This document shows positions 30,451-40,985 of a stretch of 64,000 nucleotides of DNA, in pieces. The translations under genes were made by a program, and so were the position numbers. Under the pieces are notes generated by a model that was not told where the DNA came from, did not search any database, and was given only the letters and a program-made list of their open reading frames with translations. Each line of letters opens with the position of its first letter. Positions within the stretch are counted from its first letter, which is position 1. The stretch comes from Trypanosoma brucei. Taxonomy: Eukaryota. The stretch is from the NCBI GenBank assembly GCA_000002445.1, contig CH464491.1, positions 3,360,001 to 3,424,000 on the forward strand, given 5' to 3'.

Positions 30451-32949
30451 CAGTTCCTTCTCGAGTGATGATTTGGAACCAGCCACATCACTCAGTTGCT
30501 TCCTCAGTTCCTTCAGTTCCTTCTCGAGTGATGATTTGGAATCAGCCACATCACTCAGTTGCTTCCTCAGTTCCCTCAGTTCCTTCTCGAGTGATGATTT
30601 GGAATCAGCCACATCACTCGGTTGCTTCCTCAGTTCCTTCAGTTCCTTCTCGAGTGATGATTTGGAACCAGCCACATCACTCAGTTGCTTCCTCAGTTCC
30701 TTCAGTTCCTTCTCGAGTGATGATTTGGAATCAGCCACATCACTCGGTTGCTTCCTCAGTTCCTTCAGTTCCTTCTCGAGTGATGATTTGGAACCAGTCA
30801 CATCACTCAGTTGCTTCCTCAGTTCCTTCAGTTCCTTCTCGAGTGATGATTTGGAACCAGTCACATCACTCAGTTGCTTCCTCAGTTCCTTCAGTTCCTT
30901 CTCGAGTGATGATTTGGAACCAGTCACATCACTCAGTTGCTTCTTCAGTTCCTTCAGTTCCTTCTCGAGTGATGATTTGGAACCAGCCACATCACTCAGT
31001 TGCTTCCTCAGTTCCTTCAGTTCCTTCTCGAGTGATGATTTGGAATCAGCCACATCACTCAGTTGCTTCCCCAGTTCCTTCTCGAGTGATGATTTGGAAT
31101 CAGCCACATCACTCAGTTGCTTCCTCAGTTCCTTCAGTTCCTTCTCGAGTGATGATTTGGAACCAGTCACATCACTCAGTTGCTTCCTCAGTTCCTTCAG
31201 TTCCTTCTCGAGTGATGATTTGGAACCAGCCACATCACTCGGTTGCTTCCCCAGTTCCTTCTCGAGTGATGATTTGGAACCAGTCACATCACTCAGTTGC
31301 TTCCTCAGTTCCTTCAGTTCCTTCTCGAGTGATGATTTGGAACCAGTCACATCACTCAGTTGCTTCCCCAGTTCCTTCAGTTCCTTCTCGAGTGATGATT
31401 TGGAACCAGCCACATCACTCAGTTGCTTCCTCAGTTCCTTCAGTTCCTTCTCGAGTGATGATTTGGAATCAGCCACATCACTCAGTTGCTTCCCCAGCTC
31501 CTTCTCGAGTGATGATTTGGAACCAGCCACATCACATAGTTGCTTCCTCAGCTCCTTCAGCTCCTTCTCGAGTGATGATTTGGAACCAGTCACATCACTC
31601 AGTTGCTTCCTCAGTTCCTTCTCCAGTGCTGCCTTAGAACCAGCCACATCACTCAGTTGCTTCCTCAGCTCCTTCAGCTCCTTCTCGAGTGATGATTTGG
31701 AACCAGTCACATCACTCAGTTGCTTCCTCAGTTCCTTCAGTTCCTTCTCCAGTGCTGCCTTAGAACCAGCCACATCACTCAGTTGCTTCCTCAGCTCCTT
31801 CAGCTCCTTCTCGAGTGATGATTTGGAATCAGCCACATCACTCAGTTGCTTCCTCAGCTCCTTCAGCTCCTTCTCGAGTGATGATTTGGAATCAGCCACA
31901 TCACTCGGTTGCTTCTTCAGCTCTCTCTCTATCAATGTATTAGAATCATTCACAGCACCTAGCTGCTTTTTTGTTTCCTTCAGTTCGTTTTCTATTAGAA
32001 CCTTGGTGTCATTCACATCAGCAAGTTGTTTCCTTAGTTCCTTCAGTTCTTTTTCAATTAAAGCCTTGGAGTCATTTACATCACTTAGTTGCCTCCTCAG
32101 TTCCTTCAGTTCCTTCTCCAGTGATGATTTGGAATCAGTCACATCACTCAGTTGCTTCCTCAGCTCCTTCAGTTCATTTTCCATTAACGCCTTAGAATCA
32201 TTCACCCCACCGAGTTGCTTCTTTATACTGTCACTGCTTTCACCCTTTAGTTGACACTCAGGGCCACTTGATTTCTTTGTTTTTGTCTCAACTATCAGTT
32301 CATCCAGCTCCTTCTCGAGTGACGCTTTAGAATCAGTTACTTCCAGTAGTTGCTGTTTCAACTCCTTAAGTTCTTTTTCCATTAACGCCTTCGATTCGCT
32401 GAGGTTCCTTAATTGTTCTTCAATGTTGGAAAGGGAAGATGATTTCTGCTGATCTCCCTCTGTGTTGTGGCATCGTTCCTTTAAACTGTCCACTTTTCTG
32501 TGCATATCAAATTCCACTGCAGAAGTATCAGTAGCTTCGCTTCTACGGGCGCTTCCTTTCGAGTTCTCTCTTGTGCCGAACCTCTCATCCACTTGAGAGT
32601 TTGCATCAAGAGCACCGCATTCAATTGTCTGTCTGCCGCTTGAAAATGCACCCGCAGTAGTGAAGCGGGACATACTATGCGATGAAGAGCGTGCTGAAAA
32701 TATTGTTGCGCCCCTTCGGAAATCCCTTCCAGTAGAGTGCCGTGCTAAATACTCCTCATTTTCAATCACCGCTCTACTGATAGTTTCAGTCTTCACAAAA
32801 AGATCCTCCCAGGATGTGGAAACAGAATCATTTTCATCCGAACCCCTCGTTTTCCTCTTTTGCTCCACAAGACTCGCACCGTCACTTGCAGCAAGGCCGT
32901 GGTCCGACCCATCTACCTCTTGGCTGCCGAACCACGTTTTACTCTCCAT
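29194..32949 (-). CDS. Chimeric coiled-coil repeat protein, ~1251 aa. Its N-terminal ~100 aa are identical or similar to the membrane-protein N-terminus. It then has degenerate and near-perfect 21-aa repeats and a C-terminal domain ending in a hydrophobic tail anchor.
   Basis: A continuous ORF. The ATG at 32949 is in the same context as 28517. The repeat core is (S)LEKELKELRKQLSDV[AT][GD]SKS. The C-terminus (...AVGMLVLAVGSIMFGRYELR) is a predicted TM tail anchor. Confidence 0.65.
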   Translation of the reverse strand: MESKTWFGSQEVDGSDHGLAASDGASLVEQKRKTRGSDENDSVSTSWEDLFVKTETISRAVIENEEYLARHSTGRDFRRGATIFSARSSSHSMSRFTTAGAFSSGRQTIECGALDANSQVDERFGTRENSKGSARRSEATDTSAVEFDMHRKVDSLKERCHNTEGDQQKSSSLSNIEEQLRNLSESKALMEKELKELKQQLLEVTDSKASLEKELDELIVETKTKKSSGPECQLKGESSDSIKKQLGGVNDSKALMENELKELRKQLSDVTDSKSSLEKELKELRRQLSDVNDSKALIEKELKELRKQLADVNDTKVLIENELKETKKQLGAVNDSNTLIERELKKQPSDVADSKSSLEKELKELRKQLSDVADSKSSLEKELKELRKQLSDVAGSKAALEKELKELRKQLSDVTGSKSSLEKELKELRKQLSDVAGSKAALEKELRKQLSDVTGSKSSLEKELKELRKQLCDVAGSKSSLEKELGKQLSDVADSKSSLEKELKELRKQLSDVAGSKSSLEKELKELGKQLSDVTGSKSSLEKELKELRKQLSDVTGSKSSLEKELGKQPSDVAGSKSSLEKELKELRKQLSDVTGSKSSLEKELKELRKQLSDVADSKSSLEKELGKQLSDVADSKSSLEKELKELRKQLSDVAGSKSSLEKELKELKKQLSDVTGSKSSLEKELKELRKQLSDVTGSKSSLEKELKELRKQLSDVTGSKSSLEKELKELRKQPSDVADSKSSLEKELKELRKQLSDVAGSKSSLEKELKELRKQPSDVADSKSSLEKELRELRKQLSDVADSKSSLEKELKELRKQLSDVAGSKSSLEKELRELRKQLSDVAGSKAALEKELKKQLAEEHYSKEAPENLNEMEGGAKFSDPFHTELGKLKEENAVLMKQLNEINAGRDISKNVVKLTCSPNEKSCSVDVDFAQAKLANFSEGEGSCSLEDALDSSYDTSVVGAESGLAEDYFEFDCAVHGHSELGTVLHDRPSQRRRRSKRAVDGEFCHTTNSDEGAGENAESYNISALQSLGAPIVLLLRKIKAIERDIQRCGKVVSQIAPCIKEARHFKRVMQLAERHSDSGDNYGARTELQAAASDYKRRVMRAEGTWKRQDENLRLLQARIDAVGEELDCLMVSPRHEHCEGSGESRVLSSGVSAPNDLLQQMQDRVRLMLFNVRKLLDDMHKQRQNRHEAMLAALQRCSPAVAAAYVQEGGISEWKEAAAFSASAVGMLVLAVGSIMFGRYELR
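30370..31915 (-). repeat. 63-nt tandem repeat array (~24 units, some 54-nt variants) encoding 21-aa coiled-coil repeats. Degenerate units continue to ~32420.
   Basis: The unit is ccagccacatcactcagttgcttcctcagttccttcagttccttctcgagtgatgatttggaa, read on the plus strand. Confidence 0.9.
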
Positions 32950-34890
32950 CACCTCACCGGAAATTCAACCACTGATGTTGATATTGACTCGGAGAGGTCA
33001 GCACACAGCTATTACCGGTGCCTTCTTATCCTTTCCTATCCAGAACCCAAAACGCCCCCACCTCTTTTTCACTAATCCTTGCTCGTTACTATGACTACGC
33101 TGCACAAAGAAATACCGTTTGCAAGCCTGACAAATGGGGAAAAGGGCTACAGAGTGGAGCACTACAGTGGAAAATACGTGTGCGGTATAAGCACACAGCG
33201 ACAGGAAGACACAACAGCCTCGGTCAGTTCGTTACAAACCCCAGAAGCTCAGAGATGCGGTACCTTCATACCCAACAGGTATGCACAAGGCAGCAACATA
33301 CAGAAACGAGTTGAAGAAGAAAGGAAAAAAGGAAAAAAGGAAAAAAGTAAGCAAACAATTACATACTCGGGAAGTGCTATACCTCTTCAAAATACAGAAA
33401 CGTGGTCGGCGCACCACCAATATCATATTAGACAAGAATGCCGTGCAGCGCCGGCCGCAACGCTCCAAATCACTTTAACGTCCACACAACGAAATACCGG
33501 AATGACGCTGAAAATGGTAGTAGCGCTTGGAGCGAAGCGCCCACCTACGCTATTTCCCGAAAACAAGCACAAATACAGGCAGTAATCTGCAATAGCTCAA
33601 TGAAGGCGGTAAAGCACATGAGATACAGCTAACGGAGTTCGTAACGTTTATATACAGTAGATCCAACAGCAAGGACGAGCATCCCCACCGCAGAGGCTGA
33701 GAACGCAGCAGCCTCCTTCCACTCGGATATACCTCCCTCCTGCACGTACGCTGCAGCAACAGCGGGAGAGCAGCGCTGCAGCGCAGCAAGCATTGCCTCA
33801 TGCCGATTCTGGCGCTGCTTGTGCATGTCGTCCAAAAGTTTCCGCACGTTGAATAACATTAAACGCACCCTGTCTTGCATCTGTTGAAGAAGGTCATTCG
33901 GGGCGGAAACTCCACTCGACAGGACCCGTGACTCACCCGAACCTTCGCAGTGCTCGTGGCGCGGTGACACCATCAAACAATCCAGCTCCTCCCCGACCGC
34001 GTCGATTCGGGCTTGCAGTAAACGAAGATTCTCATCTTGCCGTTTCCATGTCCCCTCAGCCCTCATTACACGGCGCTTATAATCACTTGCAGCAGCCTGC
34101 AGCTCTGTGCGCGCCCCATAGTTATCCCCTGAGTCGCTGTGCCTCTCAGCTAGTTGCATCACACGCTTGAAATGCCGAGCCTCCTTTATGCACGGAGCGA
34201 TCTGTGAAACAACCTTGCCACAGCGCTGAATATCCCTTTCGATTGCCTTAATCTTCCTCAGTAGCAGCACGATTGGAGCACCCAGCGATTGCAGAGCAGA
34301 GATGTTATAGCTTTCCGCATTCTCCCCGGCACCCTCATCCGAGTTCGTTGTATGACAAAATTCACCATCCACCGCACGTTTGCTCCGTCTCCTCCGCTGG
34401 GAGGGTCGGTCATGAAGAACAGTGCCAAGTTCAGAATGTCCGTGAACAGCACAGTCAAACTCAAAATAATCTTCCGCCAGTCCGCTCTCAGCACCCACGA
34501 CAGATGTATCATAGGAACTATCAAGGGAATCCTCCAAACTACATGACCCCTCACCTTCTGAAAAATTAGCAAGCTTTGCCTGCGCAAAATCAACGTCAGC
34601 AGAACAAGATTTTTCGTTCGGGGAACATGTGAGCTTTACCACATTTTTCGAAATGTCCCTCCCTGCATTTATTTCATTCAACTGCTTCATTAGTACAGCG
34701 TTTTCTTCATTGAGTTTTCCAAGTTCAGTATGAAAAGGGTCACTAAACTTGGCACCACCCTCCATTTCATTAAGGTTTTCAGGCGCCTCTTTCGAATAAT
34801 GCTCCTCGGCAAGTTGCTTTTTCAGTTCCTTCTCCAGTGCTGCCTTAGAACCATTAACATCACTCAGTTGCTTCCTCAGTTCCTTCAGTT
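32630..34890 (-). repeat. Segmental duplication copy 2 (partner of 28196-30450)
   Basis: See copy 1. Near-identical over ~2.2 kb except one ~70-bp divergent patch. Confidence 0.85.
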
Positions 34891-37800
34891 CCTTCTCGAG
34901 TGATGATTTGGAACCAGCCACATCACTCGGTTGCTTCCTCAGTTCCTTAAGTTCCTTCTCGAGTGATGATTTGGAACCAGTCACATCACTCAGTTGCTTC
35001 TTCAGTTCCTTCAGTTCCTTCTCGAGTGATGATTTGGAACCAGTCACATCACTCAGTTGCTTCCTCAGCTCCTTCTCCTTCTCGAGTGATGATTTGGAAC
35101 CAGTCACATCACTCAGTTGCTTCTTCAGTTCCTTCTCTCGAGTGATGATTTGGAACCAGCCACATCACTCAGTTGCTTCCTCAGTTCCTTCAGTTCCTTC
35201 TCGAGTGATGATTTGGAATCAGCCACATCACTCAGTTGCTTCCCCAGTTCCTTCTCGAGTGATGATTTGGAACCAGCCACATCACTCAGTTGCTTCCTCA
35301 GTTCCTTCAGTTCCTTCTCGAGTGATGATTTGGAACCAGTCACATCACTCAGTTGCTTCCTCAGTTCCTTCAGTTCCTTCTCGAGTGATGATTTGGAACC
35401 AGTCACATCACTCAGTTGCTTCTTCAGTTCCTTCAGTTCCTTCTCGAGTGATGATTTGGAACCAGCCACATCACTCAGTTGCTTCCTCAGTTCCTTCAGT
35501 TCCTTCTCAAGTGATGATTTGGAACCAGTCACATCACTCAGTTGCTTCTTCAGTTCCTTCAGTTCCTTCTCGAGTGATGATTTGGAACCAGCCACATCAC
35601 TCAGTTGCTTCTTCAGTTCCTTCAGTTCCTTCTCGAGTGATGATTTGGAACCAGCCACATCACTCGGTTGCTTCCCCAGTTCCTTCTCGAGTGATGATTT
35701 GGAACCAGCCACATCACTCAGTTGCTTCCTCAGTTCCTTCAGTTCCTTCTCGAGTGATGATTTGGAACCAGTCACATCACTCAGTTGCTTCCTCAGTTCC
35801 TTCTCGAGTGATGATTTGGAATCAGCCACATCACTCGGTTGCTTCCTCAGTTCCTTCAGTTCCTTCTCGAGTGATGATTTGGAACCAGCCACATCACTCA
35901 GTTGCTTCCTCAGTTCATCCGGCTCCTTCTCGAGTGATGATTTGGAATCAGCCACATCACTCAATTGCTTCCTCAGTTCCTTCAGTTCCTTCTCGAGTGA
36001 TGATTTGGAACCAGCCACATCACTCAGTTGCTTCCTCAGTTCCTTCAGTTCCTTCTCGAGTGATGATTTGGAATCAGCCACATCACTCAGTTGCTTCCTC
36101 AGTTCCTTCAGTTCCTTCTCGAGTGATGATTTGGAACCAGCCACATCACTCAGTTGCTTCCTCAGTTCCTTCAGTTCCTTCTCGAGTGACGATTTGGAAT
36201 CAGCCACATCACTCAGTTGCTTCCTCAGTTCCTTCAGTTCCTTCTCGAGTGATGATTTGGAACCAGCCACATCACTCAGTTGCTTCCTCAGTTCCTTCTC
36301 GAGTGATGATTTGGAATCAGCCACATCACTCAGTTGCTTCCTCAGTTCCTTCAGTTCCTTCTCGAGTGATGATTTGGAACCAGCCACATCACTCAGTTGC
36401 TTCCTCAGTTCCTTCTCGAGTGACGATTTGGAACCAGCCACATCACTCAGTTGCTTCCTCAGTTCCTTCAGTTCCTTCTCGAGTGATGATTTGGAACCAG
36501 CCACATCACTCAGTTGCTTCCTCAGTTCCTTCTCGAGTGACGATTTGGAACCAGCCACATCACTCAGTTGCTTCTTCAGTTCATCCGGCTCCTTCTCGAG
36601 TGATGATTTGGAACCAGCCACATCACTCAGTTGCTTCCTCAGTTCCTTCTCGAGTGACGATTTGGAATCAGCCACATCACTCAGTTGCTTCCTCAGTTCC
36701 TTCAGTTCCTTCTCGAGTGATGATTTGGAACCAGTCACATCACTCGGTTGCTTCCTCAGTTCCTTCAGTTCCTTCTCGAGTGATGATTTGGAATCAGCCA
36801 CATCACTCGGTTGCTTCCTCAGTTCCTTCAGTTCCTTCTCGAGTGATGATTTGGAACCAGCCACATCACTCAGTTGCTTCCTCAGTTCCTTCTCGAGTGA
36901 TGATTTGGAATCAGCCACATCACTCAGTTGCTTCCTCAGTTCCTTCAGTTCCTTCTCGAGTGATGATTTGGAACCAGCCACATCACTCGGTTGCTTCCTC
37001 AGTTCCTTCAGTTCCTTCTCGAGTGATGATTTGGAATCAGTCACATCACTCAGTTGCTTCCTCAGTTCCTTCAGTTCTTTTTCCATCAATGCCCTCGACT
37101 CTGTCACCTTGTTCAGCTGCTTTTTTAGCTCCTTTTCTAGAAGCGTCATTGATCCAGTCATCTCGCTGAGTTGCTCGTTTAGTCCCCTCATTTCTCCTTT
37201 CAATGACGCCTCTAATTTTTCTCTGTTCATTTCTTGCTTTTCATTTTTCTTTTTGTCTTGAAGGTGGTTTTGTGACATCTGTTCATCGCATTGCGCCGTA
37301 TGGAAAATTGCCGTTGAAGTATTGCCAGACTGCCTTATTTTTTCCTCACAGTTTTTTGTGATGCTGTGCAGCTGTCGACTGCTATCTCTCGTTTGGTTAA
37401 CATCTTTGTGTGACTGAGCAATTGGTTGCATCCGCTGCCGTTTCGAATCTGCATCGGCGCACGATGATTGCTGTGGAGAGTCTTCATTTCTAAGGCGGTG
37501 GTGGCGCACCTGCAGTGGACTTTTGTCGAGGTGGCCCCACTGTGATCGGGTAATTTTACCCTCGTCGCGCTTTGCACTGTCGTGCACCGGGGAACTACTT
37601 TCACCTTGATGGATATAACGTGCACGATAGGGCGTACTGGTTCTGATTGTTGACCTCGCTGAAGGGCTAGATCGCGGAGATGGGCGGTGGAGCCCAGAAC
37701 CTGGGGATCCGTTTCTGCACAAAACGGTAGTGAACAGATTACATAGCCTTGCGTACTGGTCGCTGGTCAGGTCAACAGTGTCCTGAGAACGTTGTGACCG

Positions 37801-39024
37801 ACCGATGGTACAGAGCACACTTGAGTGTAAGATACGTTGGTGCTGCCGAGTTAACGATCGGACCCATGTCTTGGCAGCAAATCTTTCCACCGACACAAAT
37901 TCATCGTAGGCCCGCGGCGGAGTACATGCACGCTCGCTTGGATGAACATGATCCATTCTCGGTGCTCGAGCCCCATAGCGGCTTGGGCTCTTCCATCGGG
38001 AACAAGCTACCCCACGGTGATCAGTGTTTTCAAGGCGTTCGTAGTTATTCCATAATGAACGTATTTCTCGTGTAATGACATCCAACCGCTTGCGCACTTG
38101 TTCTACACGGTGTTGAAGATGAGTCGCGTCCTCGCCGGACTGTTGCACATCGCGTAAGTGGTGCTCGTGCCAATTCACGCAAATCATCCTCATATTAGCC
38201 ACGACCCACTGTTGCACGGAGCCAAGTGCATGACTCCCTTTGAGGGCTTCCTCGTACGTAAAGTTCAGAGAGTTAGTGTACTGTGAAACGAGTTCGTCGT
38301 GGCACTCCTTGCTGATGGTCAGCGGGTCAAACTGCATCAGCACCTGCAGTATCCCAGCACGGTGCAGAAAAGGCTGCATCTCACTCCATGTGCGCCTCCT
38401 CTCACCAAGCAGTACCATTACTAATCCCATGACACGCACGACAATATCCGGGGGTGTTCGGTACGACACAAGCTCTCTCCAATGCCGAGCATCGACCTGG
38501 CGCACCACGTGGCAGGCGTGCCTAAGCTGCATCTCAGCCTCTCGCTTCTTCGTGGCAACATCCAGATTTTTCATAGAAAGCTCACGATATAATTTTGCGC
38601 GCTCTTGCGAAAGCCGAACCGCTTCGTCTCTGTGCTGAATCAGCTGGGACTGTAGAGGAGGAATCCGTAGCAGAAGTTCGCGTCCCTCCTCCGTCGTTAC
38701 GGCAGCCAGGGCTTTTGTCAGCGGGCAGGCACCTCCCTCCTGATCACTTGGTACCAGAGGTTCTATGTACAAAGAGCGGCAAACAACATCGCTGCACACA
38801 ATTCCTAGGCTGCAACGCCACATGCCAGAAGATCGCTCAATGTATTCATACGCCACAATGTCGTCAGGGGCGACCTGAGGAAAGGAGTCCTGCCGCCACT
38901 GGAACTCCTCCAACCCCGATAAAAATTCACCATCGTCGCCCACGGCAAATAGTGGTGCTATAGTAAGGATTGAAGGTTGGTCACTGCCTGCCATTGTGCC
39001 TTCTTCTGGTATATTTACCTCCAT
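33629..39024 (-). CDS. Giant tail-anchored coiled-coil repeat protein (~1800 aa if contiguous). It has a ~690-aa N-terminal globular/coiled region, ~36 x 21-aa repeats and a C-terminal domain with a TM anchor. It is interrupted by a +2 frameshift at ~35125-35140 (the ORF track splits it into 33629-35107 and 35125-39096).
   Basis: The ATG at 39024 gives MEVNIPEEGTM.... The track start at 39096 is a TTG. The C-terminal 400 aa are near-identical to the C-terminus of 29194-32949. One repeat unit at 35101-35162 reads ttccttctctcgag instead of ttccttctcgag (an extra tc). Confidence 0.6.
34805..37075 (-). repeat. 63-nt tandem repeat array (~36 units, including 54-nt variants lacking the KEL codons). 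Degenerate units continue to ~37260.
   Basis: Same unit as the 30370-31915 array. Variable sites a/g, c/t and t/c give D/G, A/T, R/K/G and L/P alternatives. Confidence 0.9.
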
Positions 39025-40343
39025 TACGTAGCCTCCCCCTCTCTGTACTTCTAGCTGTTTAGGTTGTTTTCCCCTTTCACACACTCGATCACACAACCCA
39101 CACCCTTGACTATCCTCGCCGGTCGGTTGTACGACTTTCAGAATCCTTCTTCCCCAGCTTCACCACAAATGATAGACTTCACCAACTGTGTCTGACGGCC
39201 GTGTTCACCCACACGCTTAACTCTTCACAGGTAAAAAAACACTACCAACACCTTCGATACTGTTTTTACTACCCACTCTTTCCTTTACCCTCCCCTCGTT
39301 CACTTTACAAAGTCGCTCAACTTCGCGCACAAGCAAATAAAATACAAATGTATGTATATATTTATATTTATGTATGCGTATATATGTATATCCTCTGCTC
39401 TCTTTCGTTAACCCACTCTTCCCTCACTCACTTTCCCGATACGTGCTGTACTTTTTGTTTTGTTTAGTGGAGCGGCACAGGTCACCTCCTCAGAAATAAA
39501 AAATAAAATAATGACACTAATAATAACGACCGTCTGTGATGTTCAGACGATTTTCTTTCACTTGATTTAGCTATGTAAGTGTTCGATAACAACTAAAACC
39601 TTTCTTTGTCCACTCGCTTTTTTCTTGTCAACGGTACAACGGAATATGAGAAAATAAAAAAAAATAACACGGTACACACTTTCGCTCCTTACTTTCTTTT
39701 GTTGATGTTGGTGTTGGCACTGGTTACTTCCACCTGTCTTGTTTCGTTTAGCTGTTCTGGGATCGAGTCCTTTTAAAATGGAAGAGAGAATAACACTCCT
39801 TTGCCTTTAAGTTGTTGTTTTTTTTTTTTCGTCGATCCTTATCTTTCCTTTTCTCGCTTCCACAGCTTCCCTTTGTCACTAATAACGACTGACAACGCAG
39901 TGAAGTCACAGGCTACCTTTATCGGCTCCCTCAGCGGGTGAGAAATCAAGAGATGTGAGAGAGAATGGGGATGTTGGTGCATTGCTTCACGGCATACAAA
40001 AAATAAAAATCGTAGGGGAGATAAGCAAAGGGGAAAACAGGCGCGTCATGAGCGAAATGAGCCTGTGATTTAAAATTTAAAAAAACGGCCAACGAAGACA
40101 GCACCCTCCGCACTGCTACATGTGTCCATTTCAAACAGAAACAGGCTAACAAAGGATAAAACGATGAGACACCGGCAGGGTTAATCCTGCACACGCCCTT
40201 GTGCCGCTCCATACCACCAACTCCGCTATCTGCCACCTTCATTGTAGTACACGTTACGCACCCACCAACAGCAGTGTCAGAAGAGGAAGAAAAGATAGGA
40301 GAAGAAATGTAATGGTAAATTCTCTCAGCACAAATTCATTACA

Positions 40344-40985
40344 CTAGCCCTTCCACGTTGCTTTCCGCCCAGTAGTGCGGTCATAGAGGCGGGTAATAGC
40401 TTCCATTACGAGACGCATGCGGTACTTAATACGCAACGCCTCCTTACTAAGCCGCGCCGCCCTCTCACGCAACAATCTCTCGCGCCTCTGCAAAAAGACG
40501 AGTGCCTCATCACGGAACATAGGTAGCACAACCCCGCAACCAAGGTTCACCCACATCCGGCTGGCATCTGTCACCGTGCACTGCACGAAAAAGTGATTAC
40601 CCAAGTCAACCATTATGTGATTACGTTGTTGTACACTGACATCTCCAGAGGTGCTTCCTGCACCCCTCACTACAGTTGCATTACCTACAGATTGTTTGCC
40701 TTCCCCCGCCGCCACTGCTGCCGACACTGTCAGGGCTGTAGACGACCCCTCGTCACGCCTAATAAATGAGTGTGTAGAGGAAAGAGACTGCATCTCATCG
40801 AAAAGACTGCGCAACTGACAACAATTGGAGGCCATGTTGTACACTTCGTCCCTCTGTGCCAGGACCCGCGCTAACGATTGTCGTAATACGGCATCCAAAA
40901 AGTGCTCCAGCCGTAGCATACTCCCCATAGCCGCATCCGCTGGCGCATGAGAGGGGTCACTTTCCCCCCTTGACACACCAGACAT
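40344..40985 (-). CDS. Prefoldin-alpha-like (UXT/prefoldin family) small coiled-coil protein, ~213 aa
   Basis: The ATG is at 40985 (the track start is a TTG). Coiled-coil N- and C-terminal segments flank a central double beta-hairpin (IMVDLGNHFFVQCTV...MWVNLGCGVVLPM), which is typical of prefoldin alpha-class subunits. Confidence 0.45.
   Translation of the reverse strand: MSGVSRGESDPSHAPADAAMGSMLRLEHFLDAVLRQSLARVLAQRDEVYNMASNCCQLRSLFDEMQSLSSTHSFIRRDEGSSTALTVSAAVAAGEGKQSVGNATVVRGAGSTSGDVSVQQRNHIMVDLGNHFFVQCTVTDASRMWVNLGCGVVLPMFRDEALVFLQRRERLLRERAARLSKEALRIKYRMRLVMEAITRLYDRTTGRKATWKG

Noticed and set aside
30465-32254. Long plus-strand ORFs (390 and 593 aa) with SDDLE/SSFSS repeats across the 63-nt array. 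Similar ones lie at 34908-37169 and 35117-37261.
   Set aside because: They are the antisense reading frames of the coiled-coil repeat. Any in-frame tandem repeat keeps all frames open. The sense (minus) frame encodes a heptad-compatible, charged coiled coil and connects to conserved flanking domains.
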